Below are positions 46,501-60,388 of a stretch of DNA of 64,000 nucleotides, in pieces. The position numbers and the translations under genes were made by a program. The first letter of the stretch is position 1; each line of letters starts with the position of its first letter. The notes below the pieces were generated by a model that had not been told where the DNA came from, did not search any database, and saw only the letters and a list, made by a program, of their open reading frames with translations. This DNA comes from Lama glama (lineage: Eukaryota), in assembly GCA_028534125.1 (NCBI GenBank), contig CM052851.1, positions 8,680,001 through 8,744,000 of the forward strand, written 5' to 3'.

Positions 46501-48084
46501 GGTGGGCTCCATGACCAGGGTGGGAAAGCAGACCTGCCAGCTGAGGCTTCAGATGCACTCAGCGGCGTCTTAAGAAGGAGCTTCTGGGGCTGTGAACATG
46601 AAAAGGACAAGCCCCAACCTCAAGGAGCTCACAGTGCAGAATGATGAGGAAAACCACAGGCAGGTCAGTGAGTACAGGGCTATGATGCCAGAAACCCCAC
46701 AGCAAGGACTGCTGCTTAGCCCAAGGCAGACAGAGAAGGCTTTGTAGCCGGTGCTGACGGCTGAGCAGGAGTTCACCACCTGGGAGAAAGGTGAGGGGAG
46801 AAGCAAGGCTCACTCATTCTTGTCCCCGCTACCCTCTGCACACACCCTCCCAGAACCCCTGGGCAAATGCACCTTGTGCAGGAGCTAAGCCCCAGCCAGC
46901 ACAGAGGCCTGCCTCCTCCTCCTGGAGCACCACCATTAGCACCCAATTCCTGCCTCTGGGTTGCTGCCAGACAGGGAAGTTGGTAGTAGGGGAGACCCAG
47001 AAACCCAACCATTTATTTAAAAGAAAACCGAAAAGATGTGACCACAAATCCCACGAGTTTACTGAAATGTCTTTAAAACAAATGGCTTGAATGGATTTCC
47101 ATTCCCTCGCCCCATTGAGCCACTCACTGGAAAACAGCAGGTCGGAGGGCTAGAGACTCCGGCTGCTGGGGCCTGATGGAAACAGGGTCTCAGCCACAAA
47201 GCCAGGCAAGAGGTACTGGGATAAAGGCAGCTCTGGCCAGAAGATGATGAAAAGTGACACCTGATCACAGGCAGGACAAAAGCTATGAAGGGTTCCTGGG
47301 AGGCCAATATCAGATTCAGAAATGCTCAGGTGCCCTTAAGTACTCTGCTATTGGTGGCTGGCTTACTCTCGTTTCCCAGCATCATGGGTCTCCCTTCCTC
47401 CCGCTCCTCCCTTTGCCCTTGCCTCGAGTGCCCTGCCCTGAGCAGCTGCTTCTGCAAACCATCTCACTGGGCAGCTGCAGTAGACAGGTGGGGTCTTCCT
47501 GGACAGTACAAACTGCTTAGAAAACCAGGCAAAGGAGCAGGAGTGGGAAGGTATGAGATTCACCAGAGCTGAGAGCTGGAGGGGCCTGAGGAAATCAAGA
47601 GTACAAGATTTGCTGACTCCATGAATCTTAGAGATGAAGACTCTAAGCCCAGAGAGGTACACTGATGTGCCTGAGGTCACACAGCTATGGGTCCTTGCTA
47701 TGTCACTGGCTGCATTTCAAGCCCCATTCATTCACCCATTACTTCCAGAGCCATCCTATGTGCCTAGACTCTGGAATGTAGGCTTAGGCTCCTAGGTGAT
47801 GCCCTGATGAAAACTGAACTCAGCCCCAGAGACTTGCAAGCCAGGGTCACCTCCCATCCCTTGGCTCTTCCCTCCCCACTCTTTCCTCTCATACAAAGTG
47901 GAACAGGTGCCCTGCCATCACTAGGGAAGACTCAAAAGCAGAGAGGAAAGGAAAAAGTGGGAGAGGACTGGGGAACACCAGGCACAGCCTGGGGGTGAGG
48001 GACACCAAGGTGAAGGTTGAGCAACAGGAACACTGTCCTGGGACCTGTGATGGAGGACCCTGGACCAGACATGTTTAGCTGTGC

Positions 48085-48430
48085 CTACTTTTTCCTTCTT
48101 ATCACAATATACATGTTCTCTACAGAAAACAGAAACAAAAAAAGAGAGAGAGGAAGGGAAAGAAAAAAAAGAAAATAGCAATCACCCATGATCCATCTAG
48201 GAAAAGTATTACCTATCAACATCTGTCTAGTCTCTTTTCCCCGTCCAAATATGAGATCAGTCTGTACCTACTTGTTTCCACTGAGCTAGTGAAGGCGAAC
48301 ATTTCTCTTCATTAAGCATTTTTCCAGCCCAATCTTCCCTCATCATTGTACAGCAATCCATGCAAGGGGTATGTGAATTTATACAACCCATTCCCTACCA
48401 GCGGCCATTAGGCCATTTCCCTCTTCTCGC
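48085..48430. mobile_element. Old L1 (L1ME-like) fragment
   Basis: AT-rich island in a GC-rich intron with L1M-like phrasing (aatatacatgttc...gaaaa, aatcacccat, caacccattccct). Confidence 0.45.
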
Positions 48431-48606
48431 TGTGAGAAAAGCCCCACCGCTGGGCCCAAGGCAGAGCAGCTCCCGGGCCCCAGGCAGGAGGTGCTGGAGC
48501 CCCCAGCTCCTGTCTCCCAGCTAGGGCTTATTCTCCCCCAGCAGAAGCAAAGGTGAGAAGGGAGGGAGGCATGGGGGGGGTCCTGCCCTGCTCCACAGCT
48601 CTCAGA

Positions 48607-48810
48607 CAGTGGGTGACTTCCACTGACTCTCAAACTTGAATGAGCAGCGAGATGTGTAAATGCAGATTCCCTGGCCCCATCCAGAAATTCTGTGTAGTTG
48701 GTCTGAGGTAGGGCCCAGGAACCTGGAGTTGAGCAAGCCCCACCATGGCTGACCCCACGAGACTCTGATGCCGGGGTTAACCTCCCTGTACCCAGAGAAG
48801 CCCTGCTCCA
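48607..48810. mobile_element. MER5A-like DNA transposon remnant
   Basis: ctctcaaactt...aaatgcagattccctggcccca...ggtctgaggtagggcccagga; boundaries approximate. Confidence 0.65.
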
Positions 48811-51644
48811 GAGGCGAGCAGAGGCAGCGCATCTGAGCTGGTACGGGCAGTGGGGCGCAGTGAGATTCTGCTTTTCTAACCTGTTTTCAGGTGCTGCTGC
48901 CAACTCATGGGCCACACTCGGGCGTGTTCAACTAAACCCATGTGGGAACCATGTGCAGGTGCTGGGCAGGTGCAGGCAATGGACACTGTGCCTGGAGGGG
49001 CAATCACAGCTGGCACTTAGGAAGCATTTCCTATGGGTTGAACACCATGCCCTGGCCGCTCAAGGTGTGGTCCATGAACCACGTCCCGAGGACCAGGTCT
49101 GGGCCCCATCCAGCCTCACCAGGGATCTGCACTGGCAAGCTCCCCAGCGGATCTGCGTGCCCATTAAAGCAGCACTTTGCTGAGTCCTTAACCCCGTCAT
49201 CCTCCTAACAATCCTCAGAGGCAGGTCAATTATTCCCCTGATTTTACAGCTGAGATTCTGCAGCTGCAAGGTTAAAGGACTCGTTTAAGGTCTCACAAGG
49301 GCCACTAGCAGGAGCTGGGACAGAAAGCCAGATGGTCTAGCTCCAGAGCGTGAGCTCCTAACCCAGATCATAAGACTCCCTGCAGTTTCCCATTCCATCC
49401 CCAAACTCTCTGTGAGAGGTGGCCTCCAATTCTGCACTTTACAGACAAGACCTCAGAGACCAGGGGAAGGCTGACCAACTGCTCTGGGGGCTCTCCAGGA
49501 AACGGACCTGAGCCTACCCTGTCTGCCACATCCACACTGGGGTCCCTTCCCTCGGGGCCCACTCCGGCTGCGGCACAGGCCTGGGTGGGGGTCCCGCCTC
49601 CAAAGCCCACAGGCTCTGCAGACACAGTCGGGGGCAGGAAGTGGGAACTGGGGCGGAGGAACCAGGAGCTCAGTTTGGTCTGAGGACGTCCTTTCTTCGC
49701 AGCCAGACTCAGTTCTGTGTGCCTTTTGAAAGGAAGTAGAGAATAGCTGTGCTCAGCCCAATGAGGCTGGCCCCTTTCAACCTTCCAGTTGCTGCCATTT
49801 CCAATTACAACTTCAGAGGGCTCCTATAATTTATACATCCCAGGATGCACTGTTCCAGCTGCTTTGTGATGGGAGTTCATTACACCATTAAGGTTAAACT
49901 TTTATAAAGTACTGAGCAGGTGGTGGGCTGGGCTCCCGGCTTAGTTACCACTGCCGGAAGCCTGCTGAATGGGGTTCACCTGGGGCGAGGAGGGGGGTCA
50001 GGCTCTCTAAAGGGGTTGAGAAATGAAGAAGGCGGCTCCGGGGAACAGGGACTGCCCATTAGCCATTTATTAAACTGTACGGTAGAGCAGGCAGGCAGCA
50101 AGGAGAACAATCTGCAGCCGCTCAACACTGCTGGCAGGGGGCGTGCGATGCGAGAGGAGGATTCCTGCATTGCCTGCCAAGGCCAGCGAGGTGCCGGATC
50201 TGAGCCACGGACAGGCCCACACGTAGGGAATGACCCAGACTCCCGGGCGGGGGAGGCTGGTCCTCTCAGCACCAGGGGGGCCAATGGGGGCCTTCCTTCT
50301 GTAGGAACGAATCCCTCCTGTGGCTCATGGGGTCCCGGAACTCAACACAAAGTAGTGGAGCAAGAAGGAACACCCCGAGAGCAGGAGCCAGACTAATGGG
50401 GGTCTCAGCTGGCCAGCTGCAGATACATGGCCTCAAGCTGCAGATACTGGAGGTTCCTTCAATTCTCCAAGGAAACTGAGATCCTTCACTTGTCCCTCAG
50501 CTGTCAAACACATGTGCCTCCCTCCCAGGGCACTGGCACCCACTGCCCAAGAACCATCACTATTTTTTGCATTAAGTTGTTACACACACACAGCCCTCAG
50601 GATGGTGCCTGGCAGAGAGGACTCGCCAGGAAGGCTTTGCTATTGTTGCTGTTATTCTGTTTGTCTGTTTAGGTGTCAGTCCCAAACCTGAGGACACCCT
50701 GAGGAAGAGGTGGTGACTTTCCTCTTCCAATTCCAAGCTCCGGACACAGAACTTAGCATGCAGTGGCTGTTGACAAGTATCCCTGAGAATGGGTGGACAG
50801 GAGGTTACAAGTGGCAGAACTATTCTGTGCTCTGCAGTCTGGCCCCAGTCCCAGGAACAGGGTCGGCGGAAGACCAAGTTCTTTCAAAGGTATGAAGCTA
50901 AAATCACCTCTTGAGAAAAATTCCTTGTCTTCCCAGGAGGAAAGAGACTCCAGATGCGGCCAGTTTTTCTGGATACTGGGGCTGACTCTGGCCTTTTCCT
51001 TCTACACGTCCCTAAGACCAAGGAGGGTTTGCTGTGACAGGAACCTCCAGCCTCAGGTGGGGCTCTGTGGCCCCGCAAGCTGGCCTCCTTGTCGAGTCTC
51101 CAAGAGAGGCTGCCCCAGCTGACAGGCTCCCACACTGGAGAGGACCGGGTGGGATTTTGGACTTGTCAAGGTGGCCAGTGTTCTTAGCTGTGAGGCCAAG
51201 TCATGACCCCCATGCTTGAGAGGCACAGTCTGACCCACCGGCCATCATTCCTACAGCCCAGGGGAATGGGAGGGCCTGAGGGGCCACTGCTTGGCACAGG
51301 CAGTCAGAGAGTCTCTGAGAAAAGACACTGGCTTCCCCTAAAGGTCTCAGGGGAGGAAAAGGTAGAACAAACAAAGGGCAGCCACATGGAAGAGGTGCCA
51401 AAGGGAAGGAAACCAACTAGGAGAGGAAAGAAAGGGGGACAGGCCACCTTGGAGAGAGCTGGGGCGGGAACAGGGTCGGATGCCAGAGGGACGGTGGGAC
51501 ACTGCCAGCTCTGAGAAGCAGCCTAGAAGGGCCAGGTGGTGCCAGGGTTGCCTGGCTGCAGGAATGCATCCTCAGGAAAGGGAGGGTCCTCTCAATTTAG
51601 CACCGTCTGGGTGGATAGAAGAGCAGAGGGAACAGACACTGGTG

Positions 51645-51865
51645 ATAACAACAGGTAACATTTATTACCTCCAATGCTCTTGGCACTGGGTGGAACTTCC
51701 AAGGTGGCATCTCATTAGCTCCCAACAGTTGCCCAGTGTGCCTTTTTCTACTAGGTCCTTTATTTTAGAGATGAGGAAATTGAGGCTCAGAGAGGTTAAG
51801 TGACATGCCCAAGTAGAAGTGGACTCAAACGAAGCTCCGTCTTTATGCTAAAGCCCACGTTCACA
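51645..51865 (-). mobile_element. MIR SINE (representative; many further MIR/L2 fragments at about 9.2, 18.3, 23.1, 23.4, 28, 31.4, 33.6, 35.5, 37.7, 39.1, 40.8, 49.2, 53.0-53.9, 55.6 and 60.7-61.2 kb)
   Basis: agatgaggaaattgaggctcagagaggttaagtgacatgcccaag. Confidence 0.75.
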
Positions 51866-54800
51866 GGCCTATGTTAGGCTGAATTTAAAGAGAATCAGAA
51901 GTGGGTGATTGGAGGAATGAACAGGCAGCATGGTCTCGGAGCCGAGGCAGTCCTGAGCAGGCGAGCAGGCAGAGCCAAGCTGGAGGCAGCACATCTGGTG
52001 AGACTGCAGGGGCCAGGACAGTCCCCTCAGCTGCTGGGCCCAGGGCTGTGCGGAGGCGCTGCAGCCAGCCTGACACTGCAGCGGGGCGGCAGTCCTGGGG
52101 CAGCGCCGGAGCTTGGATGAAGTGGGAGCCTGATGTAATCCCCGCCAGCGGAGGGCGGAAACTTGGGAAGTGAAACAAGCCGTCACCTCACTGCAACCCG
52201 GCCACAGATTTCCAACAGCCATACCAGGCAGGCCTCACCTCTACCCACAGTCTGAGGCCTCTGCACTCCCTTTCGGGGCCCGGGGTAGGGGGAACCCGGG
52301 AAGCACACACTGGGCTCCCCAGGCCCAGCCCGGCGCAGAAACCGTGCTCAAGTAAAGCCGATGAGAAAGCAGAGGGTTTCTAGCCAACGCCCTGGGAAGC
52401 CTGCCATCGAGAGGCTGACAGTCTCACCGCTTTCCGGAACAGACAGACGCAGGGCTCACCTCTTCACTAGGCTTTCCGCATAGTTTGAGGGGTGAAGAGA
52501 GGTTCTGGCGGCTGTGTGGTGAACCCTCCCCCTTCCTCACCAAACCTTGCCTGAATCCACCTAGTCAGGCTGCCCAAGCATGTGGGAGACAAGAGGGGTG
52601 GGGGAGGCCCAGAACCCCAGGCGGGCCCCCTGTGCTTCTACACAATCCAAGGCCCCAGAGCAGCAGGGGTGGCCTTCAAGGGACACTAGACTGGGGCCTG
52701 TCCCCCCTCTAAGGACCTCCTGTCCAGTGGCTGGCTGATCAGAGTCCTTGAGCAAGGCCTTACCACCTGACAAACCATAGAATTCACTAGCCCAACTGGG
52801 CAGCTTAGAGGGTGGGGGCAGAGGCCCTGGCCTGGCCTTAAGCATTCCTGGCCTTCATGCCAGCTCCTAAATCTTTGACTCTCACACACAAGCAATTCTA
52901 ACCCATCATCAGCCTAGTCGCTTTCCCATCCAGCATCGCCTCTGAGCACAGGAACAGCCAATGCAGGAGAGAGAGCAAATATCATTGTTGCTATTATACA
53001 AATGGGGCAACTGATGCTCAGAAAGACTGACTGATTCATCTGAAGTTTCCCAGCAGAGCCAGGGGCAGAATCCAGGCCCGACACCCTTCACCTGCCTTGC
53101 TGTCTCCCTAAAATCAACCAAACCAGAATCCCAGGAGTGGGGACTCCTGGTCCCCATGGCAAAGGAGGAGGCTTGACACAGAAGGCTTGACTTCAGGCCA
53201 GACAGGCAAAAGGTTTGAGGCTGTTGGATAAATATACAGATATTTGATAAACAGGTCAGAGGAGCTGGAGAGAGAAGAGAATTACAGGGAGAATGAGACC
53301 ATCACTCTGTATCTCAAGGCTGCTGAAGCCCAGGAGGCCTGCCATCTATCAGCTGAGTGCCTAGAGCACGTTTAACCTCACCTATAAAACAGGTTAATAC
53401 CACCTGCCTCGCGGGTGGTTATGGGGATTAAACGAGCTAACGCATGAAAAGTGCTTAGCATGGCGCCTGGCGTGTGTGCTCGGTAAGCGCTCTTTGCCGT
53501 CATTGTTAGTCTTCAATGAGGACATGGATTAGCAAGGGGAACAAGCCACGAACATTTAACAACATGCGCTCAGAGGGGCACCAGCACTTGGCCACCTGAT
53601 CATGACAGACAGGACAGTCCCGGGGTGCAGTGGGGCAGGAAGAAAGGCGTCACGGGGGAGGGGGCCGTGTGGGCCTGAAGGAGAAGCAAGGCTCAGAGAG
53701 GAGAGTAGGGTCTTGGCTTCAAACCCTGGCCCCCCACCTACTTGCTGTGTGTCCTTGGGTAGGTAACTCACCCTCTCTGCATCTCCTGTAAGACTCGGGT
53801 AGATGGGGGAGTGGAGGGAGTACCTATCACAAGAAATAAATGAGATCCTCTCTATACCATATGTTGTGCCAGATTTAGTTCCCTGCTTTACAGAATAGAA
53901 ACTATTGTTATTATTACTGTTACTTTGTGGCTGAGCAAAGATGCCTGAGACAGAGGCCCTGAGGCTTCCTGACCCTCAAATCTGCAGGGCTTTGGCATAA
54001 GCCAAGTGCAGGGCTCAGTCCCTGGGGTAGGGGTGGGGCCAGCAGCCCCACAGAGCTCACCCCACCGTGCAGCTGGCAGCGGAAGCAGCCATGTGCTGGG
54101 AGGTGCAGGGTGGATGTATATAATGAAGGGACATCAATAATAAATTAACCTCAACTAAGTCCAGGAACATCAATCATAAATTAATTAAATGGCTCCGGGA
54201 GAGGTAACGATAAGGGGCCTCTTCGGGATGAATTAGAGGCAGTGTCCTGCCTCACGTTATGGCCCACCTGCCCCAGCCCCGGCCAGCAGCCTCTGCAGCC
54301 AGGAGCAACTCCCAAAACACAGGTGAAGATATGCCCTGCTCCCCTCCCTCCCCCCAGCACCCCACCCCCCCACCCCCCACCCCAGCTCAGAGAACTTTCA
54401 AACACCAAGAGGATTTTGATGAAAATTCCCAGAATAGTAACCTCCTGGGCTGAACTCAGGCAGGCAAAATTTCTAGGGGTAATTTGCTGAGAAGATGATC
54501 AAACACCTGGAAATAAGCGCTAAGGATACTGGAACCCCCTTGGTCGGTCCTCAGGGATTAGAACAGCCCCCTTCAGGGGATTGTGACAACCTCCTGCTCA
54601 CACTCCAGCCTGGAACCCACTGGAGTCAAAACGACTGAAGGTCAAGTGTGGGAGCCGCATCTGAGGCTGGGATTTCGACGCCCCACCTCTTACTGACCAA
54701 AGTGACAAACCTCATGGCCTCCACCCCTCTCCATGGTCAATCGGGTTGGCCTCTCCCCCTCCCGCCCCTCCCCAACCCAGGGCAGCCACTGCCCAGGTTC

Positions 54801-57800
54801 AAGCCCTCCAACCTGGCACGTGCCCTAGTTGCCAGCTGGTCTCCTCTCTCCTGTTCCCCAGGCCCCCTGGCACCTGCTCCCAGCCGGCTCTTCCTGGCAC
54901 ACACTCTTGCTCAGAATACTTTAGTGACCGCCCATGCTCACTTTTCAACCTTTCATCTCTTACATTTCCTGCACACTACAGTCATGCCAGACCATGGCAA
55001 CTCGCTTTCCCAGCCACATCCCCCATTGCTGCTGTTTCCTCTACAATCACCTGGATGGCCCAGGTGAAAGGCCATTGCTACTTAAGTCTCCCCTGATCTC
55101 CCTGGTTTGAGTTACTCTCTCTCCTTTGACCCCTGGTAGCACCTACCTCTTGAAATTACAGTGTAGAACTCTATGTCCATCTTTTATCTTCTCAACAGAT
55201 TGTGAACACCAGAATTTATACCTTGTAGGCTCTGGTATGTCCAATTCATCTTCATGGCCCTCACTGACCCCAACCTTCAGTAGATGCTCAAGAAATCACT
55301 ATCAACTCTATCAGAGTGGAAACATTCCCCAGGCGCCAAACTTTATCTTGTGTATGATTCTGCTGACAGATACACCAGATTCCATCCATGCCAAGGGCAA
55401 GGTGGAGCTAATTTCTCCTTATCAGGAAAAGGGACATGACCTATTACATCTTTCCTGGTGCCAGTGTATGCAGATCATGATGTAACCATTTTTCTATGGA
55501 AAAGATCCTGACAGCAGGAACAAAACATTTACTGAGTGTGTTTGCCTCGTCAGGGTCTGTCCACTGACCAGCCATCTGTGTGGGATTCTTACAACCACCT
55601 GGTGGGAGGTTTTACTGTCCCCACCTTACAGATGAGGAAACTGAGGTGTAGAGAGGTACCAGAATTCAAACTCGGGTCTGTTTGACTCCAGAGTCTCAAG
55701 TCGTCAGGCCCATGGGCTATACTGCTCTCCTCTGTCACCCAGGTAGACTGTCCCCAGGTGACTTCCCAGTGGGCTTGGGGAAGAGGTGGAAGCAGGCGTG
55801 TGCAAGCACATATGGGCATCACAGAGCCACACCCCCAGCCCTGGCTTCCTTCTAAGGAAAACTGAGAAAGCAGAGAGGCTCTTCTTGTAAGATCACGTGG
55901 AGATGTTAAACCCTCCTGGAGCTGGAAGGAGACCTACCCACTACTCCCACTGTTCTCTCCTGCTTCGTGGAGCCCGGCAAGACCCCACTGCACACACCCA
56001 CTGACACTGGGCCAGCCAGACACAGAAGCCCACAAGTTCCCATGCCACCAGGCGCTCCACACCCCCTCAGCCCTCACTTCCCACGGCAACGCTGGCTTAC
56101 CGGCACACGTGGCTTTGCATACATGCAATCCCTGGGCAGCCCTGCAGCGGGATCGGCTCCACCCTTGGTCTCTCCACCTTGATCCTGTGGAGGACCTGGG
56201 CATCCCTGCCCGACGCCCTTTCCCGTGGCCACACTACTCCCCTCCACATCACCTCCCTGGTCCCCCTCCCCTGACCCTTCAGTAGCTAAGAGGTTCCCAT
56301 TGGGAAGGCGGTTTCCTGGATCCTCCTCACCTGCACACCCAGTCCCCCGTCCACCCAGAGAGATCCAGCCCAGCCAAAGTCAGTATCAGAAAGGAAAAAG
56401 GAAAATTGAGATAAGCAGTCTTCAGCTCTGCCCACTGGGGAGGTAACCACATCCCACAATGTCCTAGGCTCCACTGTTCTAAAAGATTTATCATTCTCTG
56501 ACCGCATGCTCATTGATACTTCCCCCAGCGCCACTTGCCCGCTCCGTTAGAGTATAATGCAAAGCTATTCCAGGGAGAAACTGAACGCAGATGGAGTGCT
56601 GGGCCAACAGGTGATTACACCCAGAGCTGTCCTTCTAGGCCCCGGGAGAGGGGCCGAGGGAAAGGTGGCTCCACCAACAGGCCATGCCTTCAGCTGTGGC
56701 TGGCTGGCCTGGTGCTCTCAGCTCTGGCCCAGAAGCCTCTGCCCAGAGATGCCCGATTCCCTGGCACCCCTGAAGCTGAGCAACTGGGCACCATGATTTA
56801 TGAGGCAGCTGAGGAAGGAAAGGTTGCCAAGAGCTGAGTTAAGCAACTTTTGGAGAAACATGGACAAAGAAATGGGAAGAGGACTGAGGACCAGATCTGA
56901 AAAATAGCTTAGCTCCAGAGAGCCACTTGCACCTCAATGGCCGCTCTGATGCTACCCGCCCCCTGCCCCAGCTGGAATTTGCTTCAAATCAGCACCACAA
57001 CAGGGGGTGGCAGTGACCTGGCTGGGCTCCCCATGGCCTCCAACCTCCGAAGAAAGCTCTGCTCTGCTTTTGGGAAACAGAGGCCAACTCCTCCGGTCAG
57101 CATCTCTGATCTGCCCTGCCTGCCACCCAGCTCGGCTATGCAAAGTCCCAGCATCCCAAGCAGATGGCAAGGGGTGGCTGCAAAGGGCTCCTGGAGCCCA
57201 AAAACATAAGGCTGAGCTGCAAATCAGAACAAACAGGCGGAGGTGTGGAGGGTGAGCTGAGGGGACGTGAATGCTGAATATTCACATCAGGGAGGCCTGA
57301 GGCTCCCTCTTTATGGACTGCTTTCCAAGCAGGAGCTGAAGTGCTGGTAACTCATGGGGAGGCAGCGAAAGGGGCTGCAGGGAGCGTGTGGGATAGGCCT
57401 CAGGCACCTTGAGCCGACCCGGGAACAAGCAGCCGAGGGAGATCTTGCTGAGCCAGGCAGTGTTCAGGTGGCATGGCCTTGGGCAGGGCAAGTGCCTCGG
57501 CTTGGAAAAGTCAGCTCACCACCCTGGGCCTCGCAGGGCCATGTCCTCCTTCACCCCACGTGGCTGTACACTGCAGCATGGACGCAGGGCAAAAACTTTC
57601 TGCCTCGGGGACCAAGCTTGTGCAATGAATTGCTGGCTAAGACAGACGCCCACATGGAATGCTGCAGAAGTGGGCCTGGGTTCACCAGAAACAGACCTTC
57701 CCGTGCAAAGGCTTCTAGCTGTGGGGTATGTAATTCAGGCTCTGCTCCCATTATTAGGAACTAGGCCTCACTGGCAGAAAGTAAAGCAATTGGCAGCTGC

Positions 57801-60133
57801 CCTCATCTTCTCCACCTGGGAAGGCCCTTCAGCCAGAAGGGGGCCCACATCCTGGGGAATTCCTACTATACCTGTCTACCCTCAGAGGACCTCTCTGAGG
57901 GTGTCCGTTGCCCCCTTCTCCTTGCCCCACGTATCCAAGTGCATCCTCCATGGCCCCCAGCCTCCTGCCATCCATCTTCAACCTCATGGGACCTCAGACC
58001 TCACAGGACCACCCAGTCCTATATATGCCACAGCCCCCAAAAAGCTGATACGGCTGCTCCCCACCCACATCCTCTGAACCCAGAGCCAGAGGAAATTCTC
58101 AAGAGAAAACACACACACTTCCAAGTCTCCTTCCCACACAGGTACCCCTGATCCGTCAGCCACCGCCACCTCCCAGCCCTGCACGGCCAGGAACATGTCT
58201 GCAGCCCCAGCAAAGGGCCCCCACTTGCTTGGGCCCCTCCTGCAGGACTCTACAGTTGCTGTGGCCATGCTGGGGACTGCCCTCGGGAGACCTGGGGCCT
58301 GGTTCCAGCTCAGCAGCTGACTCACAATGTCAACAGATCCCACTTTTCCCCACCAGGAGCCTTTACGCTCATGGCCTCTAATTCCCTATGACAGGCCCTG
58401 ATCTTCCGGCGGCCTTCCTCCACAATCACATTCCATGCCTCCATTTCCTCTCGCCTCCTGTCCTGGTCTCTTTACCTGGTGAGAATCCCCAACCTTTGTA
58501 CAGCTTTTCACTAAGGGTTTCCACATGCACCGCCAGTCCTCCTCTGTGGCTAACTTCTGATGTGGCTCTGAGAGGTAAAGTCACCTGCTCAAGGTCAATG
58601 GGCAAGACTGGAATTCACGTTTTCTGGTTCCAAATGCATGGGACAACACTCCAGCTTTAAGGAACCTCAGCAGCATCCCCAAGCACCTACTTTAGCAAAT
58701 GAGCTGCCACCCCCACCCTAGTCTCCCACACCCTCAATTTTTCTTTCTGGACTCCTAATGCCTTCCCCAGGCCCAGCCTCATTTATTCTTCTATCCTCCG
58801 ATTCCACTTCCCCAAGAGATCCACAAAGACCTAACAATTTCCCCCACATCCTAAGACTTCTTTGGGGGGGTCCGTAAATTGCCCCTCTATGAAGTAGAGC
58901 ACATGTGATGCTGAGTGGGCCCCTCACCCAAAGCTTTCCAAAGGGCTGGTGAGGCCAGACGCCAGCCTAGCACACTCCTGGTGGCTGTAGACTCATCTTT
59001 AGAACATCCCCCTAACGATCCTCTAGACCCAAAGGCTTCCCATTATCAAAGAGAGGCAACTCCCAGACTCTAAGGGGCGAACCATCAACTCAAGGAAGAA
59101 GCAGGGCCTGGGGACTACAGATGGCTAGAGCACCGCACCTCCCCTGGCCCAAAGACGTGACCCACCTTGCGGCCCTGCACGTGTCTCAGGACACAAGTTC
59201 AGGGACAGCGAGCAGAGCTGAGAACAAGCCACCTCTCCCCTCCTCCCCAAAGCTGGATGAATTCAAGAGCCCAGGACAACGCCAGTACCTGGACAGGTCT
59301 CTGTCTGGGTCATCATCAGGGTCCTCATACTAGAAGCATCACCTGGCATCTCTCTTTCCTGTCCATTAGAAAGGACACCAACCTTCTCCCAGCTTCTGCC
59401 TTCCTCAGTCCAGTGTACCAAACAGATATTAAAAGTGTGACAGTGGCCCCTGTGACAGAGGCCATGCCCCTCATCATCACCAGAGTGGGAGGATGGGCGT
59501 TTACCCTTCCGATCCACCAGGGTCTGAGGGCCATGGATTCTCCCCTCACAGGGCCAGGCTGCCCCGGGCATCAGGCTGGGCCATTGCCATTTCTCACAGT
59601 CATGCCAGGAACTCCTGCCATGATGAGGACACCGATTCTTCAAGCCCTGGATGCCACTACTCCAGACCATGTCAAGGCCAGAACCATCCAACACCTTACT
59701 AATGACAGCACTTCCTCACCACCCATGCCAGGGGCACCACCATGCGCCCACGAGCCGGCCACCGCCACCCCAGAACCAGTCCGAATGCTGTGCCCAACCC
59801 CTACCTGCACAGAGGGCTGCACCCGCCTCACACCTGGGCAGCCACCACCACACCAAGGTGGGGGTGAGTCTTTTGACACCCATGACAGTAAAACCACGCT
59901 GCCTGTGCCAGACCTATGCTGCCCACGCCCGCGCCACGGGTGTCACCATACCCACGCCAGTGCCAGGGGCTCCACGGATCTCACACCTGCCACGGGCGCG
60001 AGTGGCAGCCGCACCTCCGCCTGCAGACCCATCGGGCGGGCCACCGCGCGCCCTGGACACTGCCCAGCTGCCGCGCCGCTCGCACCGCGCCCGCGCCTGG
60101 GGCCCGGCCCGCGGCGCCTGCCGTTCCCCGTAC

Positions 60134-60152
60134 CTCCAGCCCGCCGCAGGGC
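60134..60152 (-). other. DAGLA: Visible 3' end of non-coding DAGLA exon 1 (the rest lies in the gap)
   Basis: GCCCTGCGGCGGGCTGGAG|GTACGG donor inside the CpG island next to the gap; gives a ~35.3 kb intron 1, consistent with the long first intron of DAGLA. Confidence 0.7.
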
Positions 60153-60388
60153 NNNNNNNNNNNNNNNNNNNNNNNNNNNNNNNNNNNNNNNNNNNNNNNN
60201 NNNNNNNNNNNNNNNNNNNNNNNNNNNNNNNNNNNNNNNNNNNNNNNNNNNNNNNNNNNNNNNNNNNNNNNNNNNNNNNNNNNNNNNNNNNNNNNNNNNN
60301 NNNNNNNNNNNNNNNNNNNNNNNNNNNNNNNNNNNNNNNNNNNNNNNNNNNNNNNNNNNNNNNNNNNNNNNNNNNNNNNNNNNNNNNN
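60153..60388. other. Assembly gap (236 N)
   Basis: Run of N. Confidence 1.

Noticed and set aside
50415-50447. 12-bp direct repeat agctgcagatac x2
   Set aside because: Too short and isolated to suggest function
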